IMG/VR virus record: IMGVR_UViG_3300031669_005808 | Length of the DNA: 64,000 nt | Direction: 5' to 3' (one strand) | Origin: a virus | Shown: positions 45,704 through 55,427 of the stretch, in pieces | How positions within the stretch are numbered: position 1 is the first letter of the stretch | Layout of the letters: each line of letters begins with the position of its first letter | Notes under the pieces: generated by a model | The model's input: only the letters and a program-made list of their open reading frames with translations | Told to the model about the DNA's origin: nothing | The model's database searches: none | Made by a program: the position numbers and the translations under genes

Positions 45704-46780
45704 CTACTTCTTAATTAAATTAGAGAATTCCCCAGATTGAGGAATTCCAGTACCCACCTGGCCCGCCAAATTCACAGCAGGGCCACCTTGATTCATCATA
45801 CCCGAATTAGACCCATTTTGAAAAGGAGTCTGTCTATTCTGAGACATCATATTCGGATTATTTGTCATACCATTTCCAAAAGGATTGTACGCCCCACCAT
45901 TCATCCCTGGTTGACTCATCATAGGGGCCTGAATCGCTCCTATAGTGACAAGAACTTCCTGGTCAGACATAGATTTACCGAATTGCTTTTTCAACTGCGT
46001 ATCATATAACTCCTTAGCTCTCGTTACAATAGTATCCTGTTTCTCTTGGGGTAACATTCTCCAAAGGCTCTCCCTAGTTGGTTGCATAGCCATCTTCTGA
46101 AATTGTAAATCAGAACAAGCTAACAAAACATCGTGCTCAACCAAACCCCATTCCCTATGCATCTGCCGAAGTACCGGGAATTTATCCGTCGAAAAAATGA
46201 ATGCGAACAAATCAAAACCTAGATTATCATAATTCAAAATATTACCAAATTGATCCGTAGAATACTTCAAAACTACTGTTCCAAATTTTTTTCCGGGCTC
46301 TCCAATAGCCTTAGCTGTTTTAGCCAGCACATCCTTATTAGTTGGGGCTAAAAATGATGTGCCAGTAGGTTTATGGAAGAAGGAATGTGCCAATTTAATT
46401 ATTGGGGCGTTATTTGCATCAAATAGAATGAAAGCTATTCTAGCCACCTCATCTTTATTCATTTTGGGTAGACGCTCTAATTTGTTAATTTTCACATCTG
46501 AATCGAAAGATATATCTAAAATACCTGAGTCATCGCCCTCATCTTGAGCTTGAAATTGTTGAGATTGATATGGGACCATTTGCTGTGGTTGTTGAAATTG
46601 AGATTGCTGTGGTTGTTGAAATTGAGATTGCTGTGGTTGTTGAAATTGAGATTGCTGTGGTTGAGGCACATCTAATATTTCAGGTATCTTTGGACCCCCC
46701 TCAGATTTTTGATTTTGTACAGAAATACTCTCTGGTGTTTGTGGTGTTTGTGGTGTTTGATTTAAAAACGGATTTTTCAT
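45704..46780 (-). CDS. Putative phage single-stranded DNA-binding protein with Q/N-rich low-complexity tails
   Basis: Core FIFSTDKF...HREWGL..HD.L..C.D..FQKM recalls large-phage gp32-like SSBs; adjacent to the resolvase. Confidence 0.4.
   Translation of the reverse strand: MKNPFLNQTPQTPQTPESISVQNQKSEGGPKIPEILDVPQPQQSQFQQPQQSQFQQPQQSQFQQPQQMVPYQSQQFQAQDEGDDSGILDISFDSDVKINKLERLPKMNKDEVARIAFILFDANNAPIIKLAHSFFHKPTGTSFLAPTNKDVLAKTAKAIGEPGKKFGTVVLKYSTDQFGNILNYDNLGFDLFAFIFSTDKFPVLRQMHREWGLVEHDVLLACSDLQFQKMAMQPTRESLWRMLPQEKQDTIVTRAKELYDTQLKKQFGKSMSDQEVLVTIGAIQAPMMSQPGMNGGAYNPFGNGMTNNPNMMSQNRQTPFQNGSNSGMMNQGGPAVNLAGQVGTGIPQSGEFSNLIKK
46580..46663. repeat. 24-bp coding tandem repeat x3.5 (QQSQFQQP); also 9-bp x3 at 46733-46759 (QTP)
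   Basis: ttgctgtggttgttgaaattgaga repeated exactly. Confidence 0.9.
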
Positions 46781-46925
46781 ACTAATTTTCTATCTCCTTA
46801 TTTATTCTTTATTTTTTTTCTCTTATATATTCTTACAATCTAACCAATAATACTTTACTAATTTGATGTTTAATATTCTCCCATATTTTTCTCCTTATCA
46901 AACAAATGTGTTTAAAATAGCCATA

Positions 46926-47627
46926 TTATCCAACATGACTCCCCGTAAATTTACTATCATAATTATTATCCCATCCAGCATATTTAGATAATAATCTCAA
47001 TGAACTCTCTGCCCTCATAAACATATTAATCTTTGATGCAATACTATTATCAATCCATCCACTCAAATCCGTTATCTGACTTTTTAACACATCAATATTA
47101 GAATCAATATCCACCACAATAGAATCAATAAATCTCTTAGAATCCGCTAACTTCTTAAATTTGACTCCATGAGCAATCTCATCATGAACAAATACCGAGA
47201 TTGCTCTAGACAAAGAACTTAAGTACATTATTGCTTTCTTGATCAAAGATATATGATCACTACATTGCTCCTTAATTAACTGAATATCATTCCATTTCTC
47301 ATAAATATCAATCAATACTTTATTAACTTCTGTATAGTCTCCACTCTCAAATAATTTAAAATTGATGTACTTTTCCTTCTGAAGATTATGTATCATTGAT
47401 TCAATTCTTAAAACCTCTTTAGTAATACCTCCCAAATCAATGGATTCCAATATAACATCAATTAACTTATATAAATAACCCTTTAGTTCCTCCTCATCTA
47501 TTGAAGCATTATCTAAACTCTCAATATAACTCTTAAAGTCCCTCACTAATACTCTAAGGGTTATAGGGGTATTGAATTGCAACCTTAACTCCGCCAAATC
47601 TTCTTGAATCGAACTATGGTCTCTCAT
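46926..47627 (-). CDS. Hypothetical coiled-coil protein
   Basis: ORF track; helical heptads. Confidence 0.6.
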   Translation of the reverse strand: MRDHSSIQEDLAELRLQFNTPITLRVLVRDFKSYIESLDNASIDEEELKGYLYKLIDVILESIDLGGITKEVLRIESMIHNLQKEKYINFKLFESGDYTEVNKVLIDIYEKWNDIQLIKEQCSDHISLIKKAIMYLSSLSRAISVFVHDEIAHGVKFKKLADSKRFIDSIVVDIDSNIDVLKSQITDLSGWIDNSIASKINMFMRAESSLRLLSKYAGWDNNYDSKFTGSHVG

Positions 47628-47851
47628 ATACTATTTACCTCTGATTTCCTAAATAATGGCAACAATATAAGAAATATTGGTCCAAAATATAGCCCTAAAG
47701 CCGTACATAATATTCTCATCTTAGATCCGAATCCCCTATTTAACAAAGTATTATGTACAAAAATCCCGATTAAAAAATATATGACGGATATTGAACTATA
47801 TATAACATCTAGTCTAAAAATGAATTTTAACAAAATATCAAATTCACTCAT
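47624..47851 (-). CDS. Small membrane protein
   Basis: Two hydrophobic segments. Confidence 0.55.
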   Translation of the reverse strand: MSEFDILLKFIFRLDVIYSSISVIYFLIGIFVHNTLLNRGFGSKMRILCTALGLYFGPIFLILLPLFRKSEVNSI

Positions 47852-48590
47852 TTGGTAACTCCACTATTTCATATTTAATATATTTTTTGAAAGTTGATAT
47901 CAACCATATCTCATACCTATACACAAAATCCCAGTACTCAACATTATTCATATAATTCCCCATCATTTCCATATATTTTGTTATATATCCAAGATATATG
48001 GACTGATCAACCGCATCCATTGTAAATATAGCATCTTTCATGCCAACAACACGAATGGGTAAGAAATTAAATATTATATCATTCCCTCTTTCTTGCGTAA
48101 CAATTTGATTCAATCCCTTATCCCGTTCTAGATAATTCACATCGTCTTGAGATTCTCTAGAGAAGGGGCCACAATAACTAATAAAATATGTTCTATCCGC
48201 CAAATCCCCATTTAATAAATTTGTCAATAGATTTATTGTAGAACCTCTTAAAGTTAGAAGATATCTTGAGATAATATCTAAATAATCGGTTACTACTTGA
48301 GAATTATCCTCCTCTCTTTGAGTTATACCCACCGTCACCGTATAAGATGAATTTGAATAACCTTTATGTTTATTTTTTTCGGTTCTTGATATTCTTTCAA
48401 TATTTACTTCGTAGCTCAGCTCAAGCATCTTGTTCATAAATTGAGCAATATAGCTGAAATTAAATACAACATTGAACATCATTGCTAAATCAAAATATCC
48501 CATATTATGTTGTTGAGTTAAGAAAGTATATTTGAATTTAATATCCTTCCCCGAATTAAACAATACTCCATCTTTATCCACATAAAACAT
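47844..48590 (-). CDS. Hypothetical protein
   Basis: ORF track. Confidence 0.6.
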   Translation of the reverse strand: MFYVDKDGVLFNSGKDIKFKYTFLTQQHNMGYFDLAMMFNVVFNFSYIAQFMNKMLELSYEVNIERISRTEKNKHKGYSNSSYTVTVGITQREEDNSQVVTDYLDIISRYLLTLRGSTINLLTNLLNGDLADRTYFISYCGPFSRESQDDVNYLERDKGLNQIVTQERGNDIIFNFLPIRVVGMKDAIFTMDAVDQSIYLGYITKYMEMMGNYMNNVEYWDFVYRYEIWLISTFKKYIKYEIVELPNE

Positions 48591-48609
48591 ATCAAAATCT
48601 CCTTGTGAC

Positions 48610-49146
48610 TTAACTTAACTTTTTCACTAAGTTAAAATTATCCGGTCTTGATTCCATAATCCTCAAGAACCACTCAACATCTAAAGGCATATAATGATTA
48701 TTGTCTACACCTACATCCCAAGACTTACCAATCGGGGGTAATCCCCCGTGGCTGTGAGCAAAGGCATGGTATGAGTTATAATGACTCCTTGGCCACACCC
48801 TACAACAATGGTGTTGAATGAAAATGAATTTGCCATTTATACTCAACCTCTTTTGCTGAGTAATCTCTTTGAATAAATTTCTGCATTGCCAAACCTGTTT
48901 ATCATGATCCCCCAACACCATTATTTTATTACCCTGTAATCTCTTCAAATATTCTTTGGTCTCCTCAACCGAAGCAAAAGAGAAATCCCCATTAATTATA
49001 ACTGTATCCTTAGGTCTTACTATATTATTCCAATTATCTATTATGCAATTATCATGCTCAGTAATATCATCAAAAGGTCTATGTGAATACTTGATGATAT
49101 TATTATGCCCTAAATGAGGATCTCCCGTAAGATATATATCAGCCAT
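48610..49146 (-). CDS. Calcineurin-like metallophosphoesterase (phage type)
   Basis: TGDPHLGH, RPF, NGDF, LGDHD, HSHG, DVGVD. Confidence 0.8.
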   Translation of the reverse strand: MADIYLTGDPHLGHNNIIKYSHRPFDDITEHDNCIIDNWNNIVRPKDTVIINGDFSFASVEETKEYLKRLQGNKIMVLGDHDKQVWQCRNLFKEITQQKRLSINGKFIFIQHHCCRVWPRSHYNSYHAFAHSHGGLPPIGKSWDVGVDNNHYMPLDVEWFLRIMESRPDNFNLVKKLS

Positions 49147-49154
49147 TATCCTCT

Positions 49155-49520
49155 CTAAAAAATATTATGAACCCCATCTAGTATCTTCATTAATTCAGTA
49201 TCCCCAAGTAATTTGGATTGGTTCATACACATTTCAACACACTCCACACATTCTGGATACATAGAGCAATCCTCAAAATCATCTATTGCCCCATCATCGT
49301 ATTTACTAGGCGTAGGAAAGAATGATTCATTGTCATCAAAGCATTTATTGAAGCATTCATAAGCTCTTTCTGATTCAGCAATCTTAATTTGCTTTATTCT
49401 ATTTTTGTTTACTATACTATTTAGCTCAGGTCTTTTAGGTTCATATTCAAAACTTGACCTTGAATTACATGATACAAGGGTAATTAATACTAACAATATT
49501 ATAATTAATGTACTATCCAT
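49155..49520 (-). CDS. Predicted lipoprotein
   Basis: Hydrophobic N-terminus ending LVSC; Cys-rich C-terminus. Confidence 0.55.
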   Translation of the reverse strand: MDSTLIIILLVLITLVSCNSRSSFEYEPKRPELNSIVNKNRIKQIKIAESERAYECFNKCFDDNESFFPTPSKYDDGAIDDFEDCSMYPECVECVEMCMNQSKLLGDTELMKILDGVHNIF

Positions 49521-49531
49521 AATTTACTCCC

Positions 49532-50353
49532 TTATTCTATAATATGGTCTATCCTTTTAGTGACACAAGATAATCCAAGCAAAGAGAAACCCAAGAGAAG
49601 TAAGGTTGCAGGTTCGGGCACAGGGGCTATACTCCCCATTATACTATCATTTCCGCATTCTATAGTTCCATGTATAGTAAAAGCAGGATTTGATCCAACA
49701 AAAGATTTCAAATCTAAAAGATCAATAGCTAAAGCATAATGATCTCCCCCCTCTAAACCTTGAACATCATCATCCAACAAATCCTCAAAAACCCCAATGG
49801 AATGATTACCCATGAAAATTCCCCCCGAATAATATTGGTAAGGATTAGATTCCTGATTTATTCCCGTGGATACTGTGACTACAGTTGATCCTGGATCTAA
49901 TTGGTATACATCATAACTCCCATGGTCAAGATCCAAATCAAGAACGTAATCATATCCGAAGGTATTCTTGACGTTGGTATTATATCCGCTACCCTCAATA
50001 ATGTCTCCGTATTCAGCATCTTCATCTATATCAATAAATAGATCCCCAAATTCATAAGTATGTCCACTATAATAAACTCCATTCTTAAAATTAACCCCGC
50101 CCACTAAAGTCAACACGTTTTCATTAACAAAGAAGCCCTCAAGATCCCATTTTTGAGCAGCTATGCAACCAGGCTCTACTTCTTGATCCTCACTAGTTCC
50201 ATACCATCCTACCCCCTCATAATTGTAATTCCCATCTTGTATGGTAATATTTTTGCCAAGATCCAAAGGAAAACTGGTGATCTCTAAAGAAAAGGCTTGC
50301 ATAGGGATTAATAATAATACTGCAACCACTAACAAACTAATAATATTTCTCAT
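49532..50353 (-). CDS. PEP-CTERM sorting-domain surface protein
   Basis: Signal peptide, acidic Gly/Tyr-rich body and C-terminal PVPEPATLLLLGFSLLGL..KR. Confidence 0.88.
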   Translation of the reverse strand: MRNIISLLVVAVLLLIPMQAFSLEITSFPLDLGKNITIQDGNYNYEGVGWYGTSEDQEVEPGCIAAQKWDLEGFFVNENVLTLVGGVNFKNGVYYSGHTYEFGDLFIDIDEDAEYGDIIEGSGYNTNVKNTFGYDYVLDLDLDHGSYDVYQLDPGSTVVTVSTGINQESNPYQYYSGGIFMGNHSIGVFEDLLDDDVQGLEGGDHYALAIDLLDLKSFVGSNPAFTIHGTIECGNDSIMGSIAPVPEPATLLLLGFSLLGLSCVTKRIDHIIE

Positions 50354-50464
50354 AATATACTCCTTGTTTTTAATATAATATTAACTACAAATTAACTTAC
50401 TACTAAAAATTACAGCTTTAATTATCTATTCTTAACCTCCTTTCTGCCTCATATCATAGGTGTT

Positions 50465-50500
50465 ATTATATATTCGATCCATCCTCGGAAAATTTTACAC
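50465..50500 (-). promoter_or_regulatory. Conserved bipartite promoter-like motif, copy 10
   Basis: Exact N12 spacing plus TATAAT; upstream of the PEP-CTERM gene. Confidence 0.8.
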
Positions 50501-50846
50501 TTGATATTAATTTTTCTACTGTTCCCCCCATTCTACATATGAGAATGACTAAGAATCCCCAACTAAAAGGTGGCCACATAGGGATACCGAGGAAATTAGG
50601 GTTTACATAATAAATCCACGCCCCGGAACTCATGATAATTATTTCCCCTATAGGAAAAAATGTGAATGCTATGATAAACATTATCAATTCCGATTCAGAT
50701 AATTTAGGAATAAGTAACATCAGAACCAAAATATGAAGGGCTACGAATAATATATTATGCCCCCAAAACATACAAATGGAAGCTGTCATAATTCCAAATA
50801 ATGCAACTTCTATGGTAAATTCATCTATGATTTCAGATCCTTTCAT
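50466..50846 (-). CDS. Four-helix membrane protein
   Basis: Multiple TM segments; GAWIY..P.FLGIPMWPPFSWG. Confidence 0.6.
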   Translation of the reverse strand: MKGSEIIDEFTIEVALFGIMTASICMFWGHNILFVALHILVLMLLIPKLSESELIMFIIAFTFFPIGEIIIMSSGAWIYYVNPNFLGIPMWPPFSWGFLVILICRMGGTVEKLISSVKFSEDGSNI

Positions 50847-51910
50847 ATCAAGACCCCCGCTTTTGCTTTATCGATCACATCTTGAAGTTTATTTATCAAT
50901 AAATTTATATTACTTGGTTTACTTACAGCATTATTTAGATTCCCAAAATGTAATTCCAAGCAATTAATCAATAACCTCTTAATTGCATCTTCATCCGGAG
51001 AATGTTGAAGGTCACTTTTAGCATATACTCCTTCTAAATATTTCTCTTTTACATCAAAATACTCCTCGATCTGCCTTAAGGTCCACTCCCCCCGACGGAT
51101 ACTCTTTAGTTGTTCTCGATTTCTTTCAAGATCCAAATCATGCTCCACCAAAATCTGTTCGGCCTCATTCATAAGGCGAACCAAATTATACGCGAATTTA
51201 AGATCATAGCCGTATTTCACCAAAGGGGGTAATCTCTTTGTAAGACTCTCTTCAGTTGGATAATCTTTAAGTAAGGTCTTGAAATTTATATCCGGACAAG
51301 AAAGCTTAAGATTAGAAAGTACAGTACCTTTGTGATACCATTCTTCTATCGTATCCGAGGAAATATTATGCTCTCGAATGACTTTAACCAAATCAAGAAT
51401 CTTCTTACTCTTAATTTTTGATAATTGTGAAAATGCGTACCCTTTCATTTTATGGAAGGAACCCTTATGTAAAAATAATTTTCTATTTTCCCTAACAAGA
51501 TTACCCACCTTAGAGCAATACAAAACATGCTTCTGAGAAGTGAATATAGAATCAATGATATTTGGATTATTGTCCATAAGTAATTGAAAATATTTAGGTA
51601 TTGAAAATATAGTAATATCATATTCCTTCTTATTGGATTCATCTTTTATGTGATGTTGCTGGTATTGATGAAACCTCTTAATCTGTTTTCCAAATCCATA
51701 AATTTCTCCATCTAGATGAGGAAACACCATATTCAAATAAGGTATACTAAAACCGTAGATATCTATATCCGAAGGTCTAGTTTTGTCCGTGGTATCCGCC
51801 ACCCCATATGATATACTACCCATAATAGTTTCATATTGAATACCCTTTATAATATGATCTGGTGGAGAAATCAGATCCTTACTGTTTAATATTTGAACAA
51901 TTGAGCTCAT
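50843..51910 (-). CDS. Pol-beta-family nucleotidyltransferase (RlaP/PF10127-like)
   Basis: GSISYGVAD...SDIDIYG, NNPNIID, YDLKFAYNLVRL. Confidence 0.75.
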   Translation of the reverse strand: MSSIVQILNSKDLISPPDHIIKGIQYETIMGSISYGVADTTDKTRPSDIDIYGFSIPYLNMVFPHLDGEIYGFGKQIKRFHQYQQHHIKDESNKKEYDITIFSIPKYFQLLMDNNPNIIDSIFTSQKHVLYCSKVGNLVRENRKLFLHKGSFHKMKGYAFSQLSKIKSKKILDLVKVIREHNISSDTIEEWYHKGTVLSNLKLSCPDINFKTLLKDYPTEESLTKRLPPLVKYGYDLKFAYNLVRLMNEAEQILVEHDLDLERNREQLKSIRRGEWTLRQIEEYFDVKEKYLEGVYAKSDLQHSPDEDAIKRLLINCLELHFGNLNNAVSKPSNINLLINKLQDVIDKAKAGVLI

Positions 51911-51938
51911 TATTATATATCTCCTTATATTTACCTAT

Positions 51939-51974
51939 ATTATATATTCGATTTAGACCTAATATATTTTACAC
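51939..51974 (-). promoter_or_regulatory. Conserved bipartite promoter-like motif, copy 11
   Basis: GTGTAAAATA-N12-ATCGAATA-TATAAT. Confidence 0.8.
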
Positions 51975-52200
51975 CTCACTCAAAGAAAGTCTAATTTTCT
52001 TATCTACCCAATTTTCAAAATCTAAATTCCAAAAAGGATCACCAACAGGGTACCATTTATGAGTCCCTGTATCCACAAAATAATACTCTTTCCACCCCAC
52101 TTCTGAATACTAATTTAAATTTTTTCATTTCATTACCCCTTATATTGAATAGCTTCCAATACCTTCTCAGGATTATTCAAATACTACCTCCCTGATCCGT

Positions 52201-52593
52201 TTAAAAATGTGGAGCACTTGCCACAGGGGTTATCTTTCTCAGAGCATCTTTAATGGCATTCTTTTTGCTCTTACTGGCCTCTAATTCCCACATATTACTG
52301 CCGAGATACTTTATACTTGCCCCCGAATCAAACGTGTAGAATTGACGATTTAAAGGAGGTTCCTTGCGTATTGTATCCACCCCGTAGTCTGACCCACTTT
52401 CAAAAATATCCGTTGTTAAATAACTTCCATAAATTAGCATATCCGGCCATTGATTAACTACCGTGTCTCTATTTAATATGAATGTTGCTTTGTCTGTTTC
52501 CATGAATATCCTCCCTATATATAATATTACTGCGATTATTAGTATAACCTTACTCAGATGCAAGAAATATACCCCAAACTCGTATATGTTCAT
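52201..52593 (-). CDS. Hypothetical membrane-anchored protein
   Basis: N-terminal TM segment. Confidence 0.55.
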   Translation of the reverse strand: MNIYEFGVYFLHLSKVILIIAVILYIGRIFMETDKATFILNRDTVVNQWPDMLIYGSYLTTDIFESGSDYGVDTIRKEPPLNRQFYTFDSGASIKYLGSNMWELEASKSKKNAIKDALRKITPVASAPHF

Positions 52594-52605
52594 ATTTGAT
52601 CCCCT

Positions 52606-53040
52606 TTAATCACTCAATGGCATTATCACAAAGATCAATTGATTCTCATATCTCCCAATAAGAATTCTATCCTCTGTTAAAGACCATTGAGGTTTCATCC
52701 TTAATTTATTAAGTCTCCATTGAATCCAACCCACAAATATACCATCAAAAGTACTCTCTATATTCTCTGAATTTGTGAATTCCCACACAAATTTAACTTT
52801 ATCCGTAATAGGCAAGGATGTAAAAACTTTACTCGTTATAGGATAACTTTCAATTTGAGTAAACTTAGAGATAAGACTACTGAAATAATCTTCAGAAATA
52901 TCTATATTTTCAGACTTTTTTGAACTTCGGATTAATCCCGCCTCTGCAATATCTTTTCTTACCAATACTTCCTTATACAAATAGTAATCCTTATATAGTT
53001 GAGGTTTACTTTTAAGCATATGATTTTTTATATACCACAT
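52606..53040 (-). CDS. Hypothetical protein
   Basis: ORF track. Confidence 0.55.
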   Translation of the reverse strand: MWYIKNHMLKSKPQLYKDYYLYKEVLVRKDIAEAGLIRSSKKSENIDISEDYFSSLISKFTQIESYPITSKVFTSLPITDKVKFVWEFTNSENIESTFDGIFVGWIQWRLNKLRMKPQWSLTEDRILIGRYENQLIFVIMPLSD

Positions 53041-54347
53041 TATATTTGATCCTCCATTTTCTCTCGCAATTTAGATACCTCCCGCTTATATTGTTCCAAC
53101 AAGTAATTCGGAGCAGATCTTATAAGATCTCCTTTAAAAGATCTTATATATCTACTGGATGTTAAATATAATTTCTTCCTCGCCCTGGTTATCAAAACAT
53201 AAAATACACACTTATTTGAGAAATCCCAATCATCCACCGTAACATAGGATTTCAAATGAACCCCAAATATATAATCATTCTCCTTTCCCTTATATGAATG
53301 TACTGTGTACAATGTTACCGCTCGCTTACTATCCTCAGACCCCTTATCCCCCCGGTAACTCTCATAAACCTCCTGGGACATTTGAATTGTTTGATAAATG
53401 CTAAAGAACTTATTTACTGAGCTATACCTCTGAAATTCAATATCTTCGGACATTATTTTATATATCTTTGAAAATGTAGATATAGTTTTCACAAAGAAAT
53501 CTCGTTCTATTGTAAGGCTTAATTCTTTATCAGAGTTCTTATCCCCCTCAAATTTTATACTTTTAGTTAATATATCCAAGACCTCCATATTGAAACCTAT
53601 AAAAGATATATCCTTTTTCATAAAAGTTTCTCGTATTGGAACCAGAATATTCTCCATAAAATTATATAGAGCTTGATATTGTTTAGTCTTACTCTTCAAT
53701 GTGAATATATTGACTTTATTGAATATCGAGAAATTTATATCTATAGATAGCTCATAGCTAAGAGCCTGTCTCAACTGCTCAAGAAATTTTGCACCAATCC
53801 CCTTAATGGGCTTTATTACTTCACACAAGGCATTTATATCTTTCGGGTTAAACATCAAAGAATATATTGAATACATAACCTTGAAAGAGGATTGATTCAA
53901 TATGGATCTTGAATCATATTTGATGATATATGGAATCTTCTCAGTTATAAGTCCGGCTTCAAACTCTAGTAGTTGTCTATTAGTTCGGGATAATATGGAG
54001 ATATCTTCATATTGGACCCCTCTTCTTACTAAATTAGATATTTCCCTTGCCACATACCCCGCCTCATGAGTTACGGATTGAAAATCAGAAATAGATATTA
54101 CATTATTCCCATCTGGATTATGGGGTACTGAATCTTTTATTTCAAAATCTTCCCCGAAGTCCTCCTTGAAAGATTCAGCCATCTTGTTAGATAAGCAAAC
54201 CAATTGCTTAGGAGATCGATAATTCTTCAGGATATGGCCCTTCTGTGTCCCCGGTAATAACTTATCCATATGAGTCAATATATCCGGCTCCGCATGACGA
54301 AATAGGTATAATGTCTGTCGTGGATCACCTATCAATGTTAATGACAT
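53040..54347 (-). CDS. UvrD/PcrA SF1 helicase, C-terminal part (motifs III-VI)
   Basis: GDPRQTLYLFRHA (III), NYRSPK (IV), ILSRTN, TVHSYKGKE (V), YVLITRARKKL (VI). Confidence 0.85.
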   Translation of the reverse strand: MSLTLIGDPRQTLYLFRHAEPDILTHMDKLLPGTQKGHILKNYRSPKQLVCLSNKMAESFKEDFGEDFEIKDSVPHNPDGNNVISISDFQSVTHEAGYVAREISNLVRRGVQYEDISILSRTNRQLLEFEAGLITEKIPYIIKYDSRSILNQSSFKVMYSIYSLMFNPKDINALCEVIKPIKGIGAKFLEQLRQALSYELSIDINFSIFNKVNIFTLKSKTKQYQALYNFMENILVPIRETFMKKDISFIGFNMEVLDILTKSIKFEGDKNSDKELSLTIERDFFVKTISTFSKIYKIMSEDIEFQRYSSVNKFFSIYQTIQMSQEVYESYRGDKGSEDSKRAVTLYTVHSYKGKENDYIFGVHLKSYVTVDDWDFSNKCVFYVLITRARKKLYLTSSRYIRSFKGDLIRSAPNYLLEQYKREVSKLREKMEDQI

Positions 54348-54374
54348 TTACTTTACTCCTCTATTAATGATTAT

Positions 54375-54410
54375 ATTGTATATTCGATTCAAATCATGAA
54401 AATTTTACAC
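54375..54410 (-). promoter_or_regulatory. Conserved bipartite promoter-like motif, copy 12, inside the helicase split
   Basis: GTGTAAAATT-N12-ATCGAATA-TACAAT; its GTG-TAA is the stop codon of the N-terminal ORF. Confidence 0.8.
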
Positions 54411-55427
54411 TTGCTTAAGATATCTGGTATAGCTATCTTGATCACAAGTAATCATAAGACTGAATTCCAAAACATCTATATCCTGACTCTCATCTACTAC
54501 ATAATATTTATGCGTATCCCACACCCTATTTCTCGCATTCATATCTTGATTTAAGATGCAAAAAGTTATATATTGCATATCGGAAAAATTCATGCTATTA
54601 GACTGATATTTCTTCTCCATAAAAGTATTAAAAACTTTATAGAAATTCTTATAACTCATCTCAGATTTATCCACATACACATCCACTATATCTCCCGGTG
54701 AATTATCCTCACCCCTTAGCTTTTTGGATATGGAATTCAAGGAGAATTTTTCTAACAATGTATATACTTGAGTAGGATTCTTACCGATTTCCCTAGAATC
54801 GGTAACCTTATCAAATACCCCCCCTCTTTTAAATAATGGTATGCCAAAATAATGCACATCATTGTTCGAATATATCTGATCTATGACTGAGTGAATATTG
54901 TCTACAAATTTCTTTTCTACCTTTGGCATACTAAGAATATTAGATATTATTGATTTAAGCAAATTCCTTGAATGACCCTCATCAATTATAGTTCTCCGTA
55001 TACCAAATAACTTATATAAAATTGCACAGGAGAAAGAATGTATCGTGGATATATGCGGCAAAGGGATATCAGAAATTTCATCCTGAGATACTATATCTTT
55101 GAAAAAGTTAATGTATCTTTCTCGGATTTCATTAGCGGCCTTGTTAGTGAATGTGATCAAGACAATCTCTTCCGGGTAAACTCCATCCTCTATAACCATT
55201 TTCAATGCTTTCGCTAGTAAACTTTGAGTCTTTCCACTGCCACTGGCCGCAACCACCTGAAGTGGCATATCTATATCCTTATTTAAGACCACATCTCTCT
55301 GGTATTCATCCAAGCTGTTCAGTAATTTGGACAGTTTGGATCTGAGAGCTATTGAATAATTATCTAATATGGATATCCCCGGATTTTTAGAAAATTCATC
55401 ATACGTATCAAAAGTTATATCTTGCAT
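54405..55427 (-). CDS. UvrD/PcrA SF1 helicase, N-terminal part (motifs Q, I, Ia, II)
   Basis: LDEYQ, AASGSGKT, ITFTNKAANE, STIHSF, VVDESQD. Confidence 0.85.
   Translation of the reverse strand: MQDITFDTYDEFSKNPGISILDNYSIALRSKLSKLLNSLDEYQRDVVLNKDIDMPLQVVAASGSGKTQSLLAKALKMVIEDGVYPEEIVLITFTNKAANEIRERYINFFKDIVSQDEISDIPLPHISTIHSFSCAILYKLFGIRRTIIDEGHSRNLLKSIISNILSMPKVEKKFVDNIHSVIDQIYSNNDVHYFGIPLFKRGGVFDKVTDSREIGKNPTQVYTLLEKFSLNSISKKLRGEDNSPGDIVDVYVDKSEMSYKNFYKVFNTFMEKKYQSNSMNFSDMQYITFCILNQDMNARNRVWDTHKYYVVDESQDIDVLEFSLMITCDQDSYTRYLKQV

Noticed and set aside
24171-51642. Minus-strand alternate-frame ORFs 24171-24395, 33472-33660 and 51445-51642
   Set aside because: They overlap better-supported genes (Lar-like gene and tRNA, rtcB, nucleotidyltransferase) in another frame.
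54348-54404. Translational bypass (T4 gene 60-like hop) or intron joining the two helicase ORFs
   Set aside because: There are two in-frame stops and no matched take-off/landing codon that clears the second stop. The gap is too short for a self-splicing intron, and the second ORF has its own RBS.
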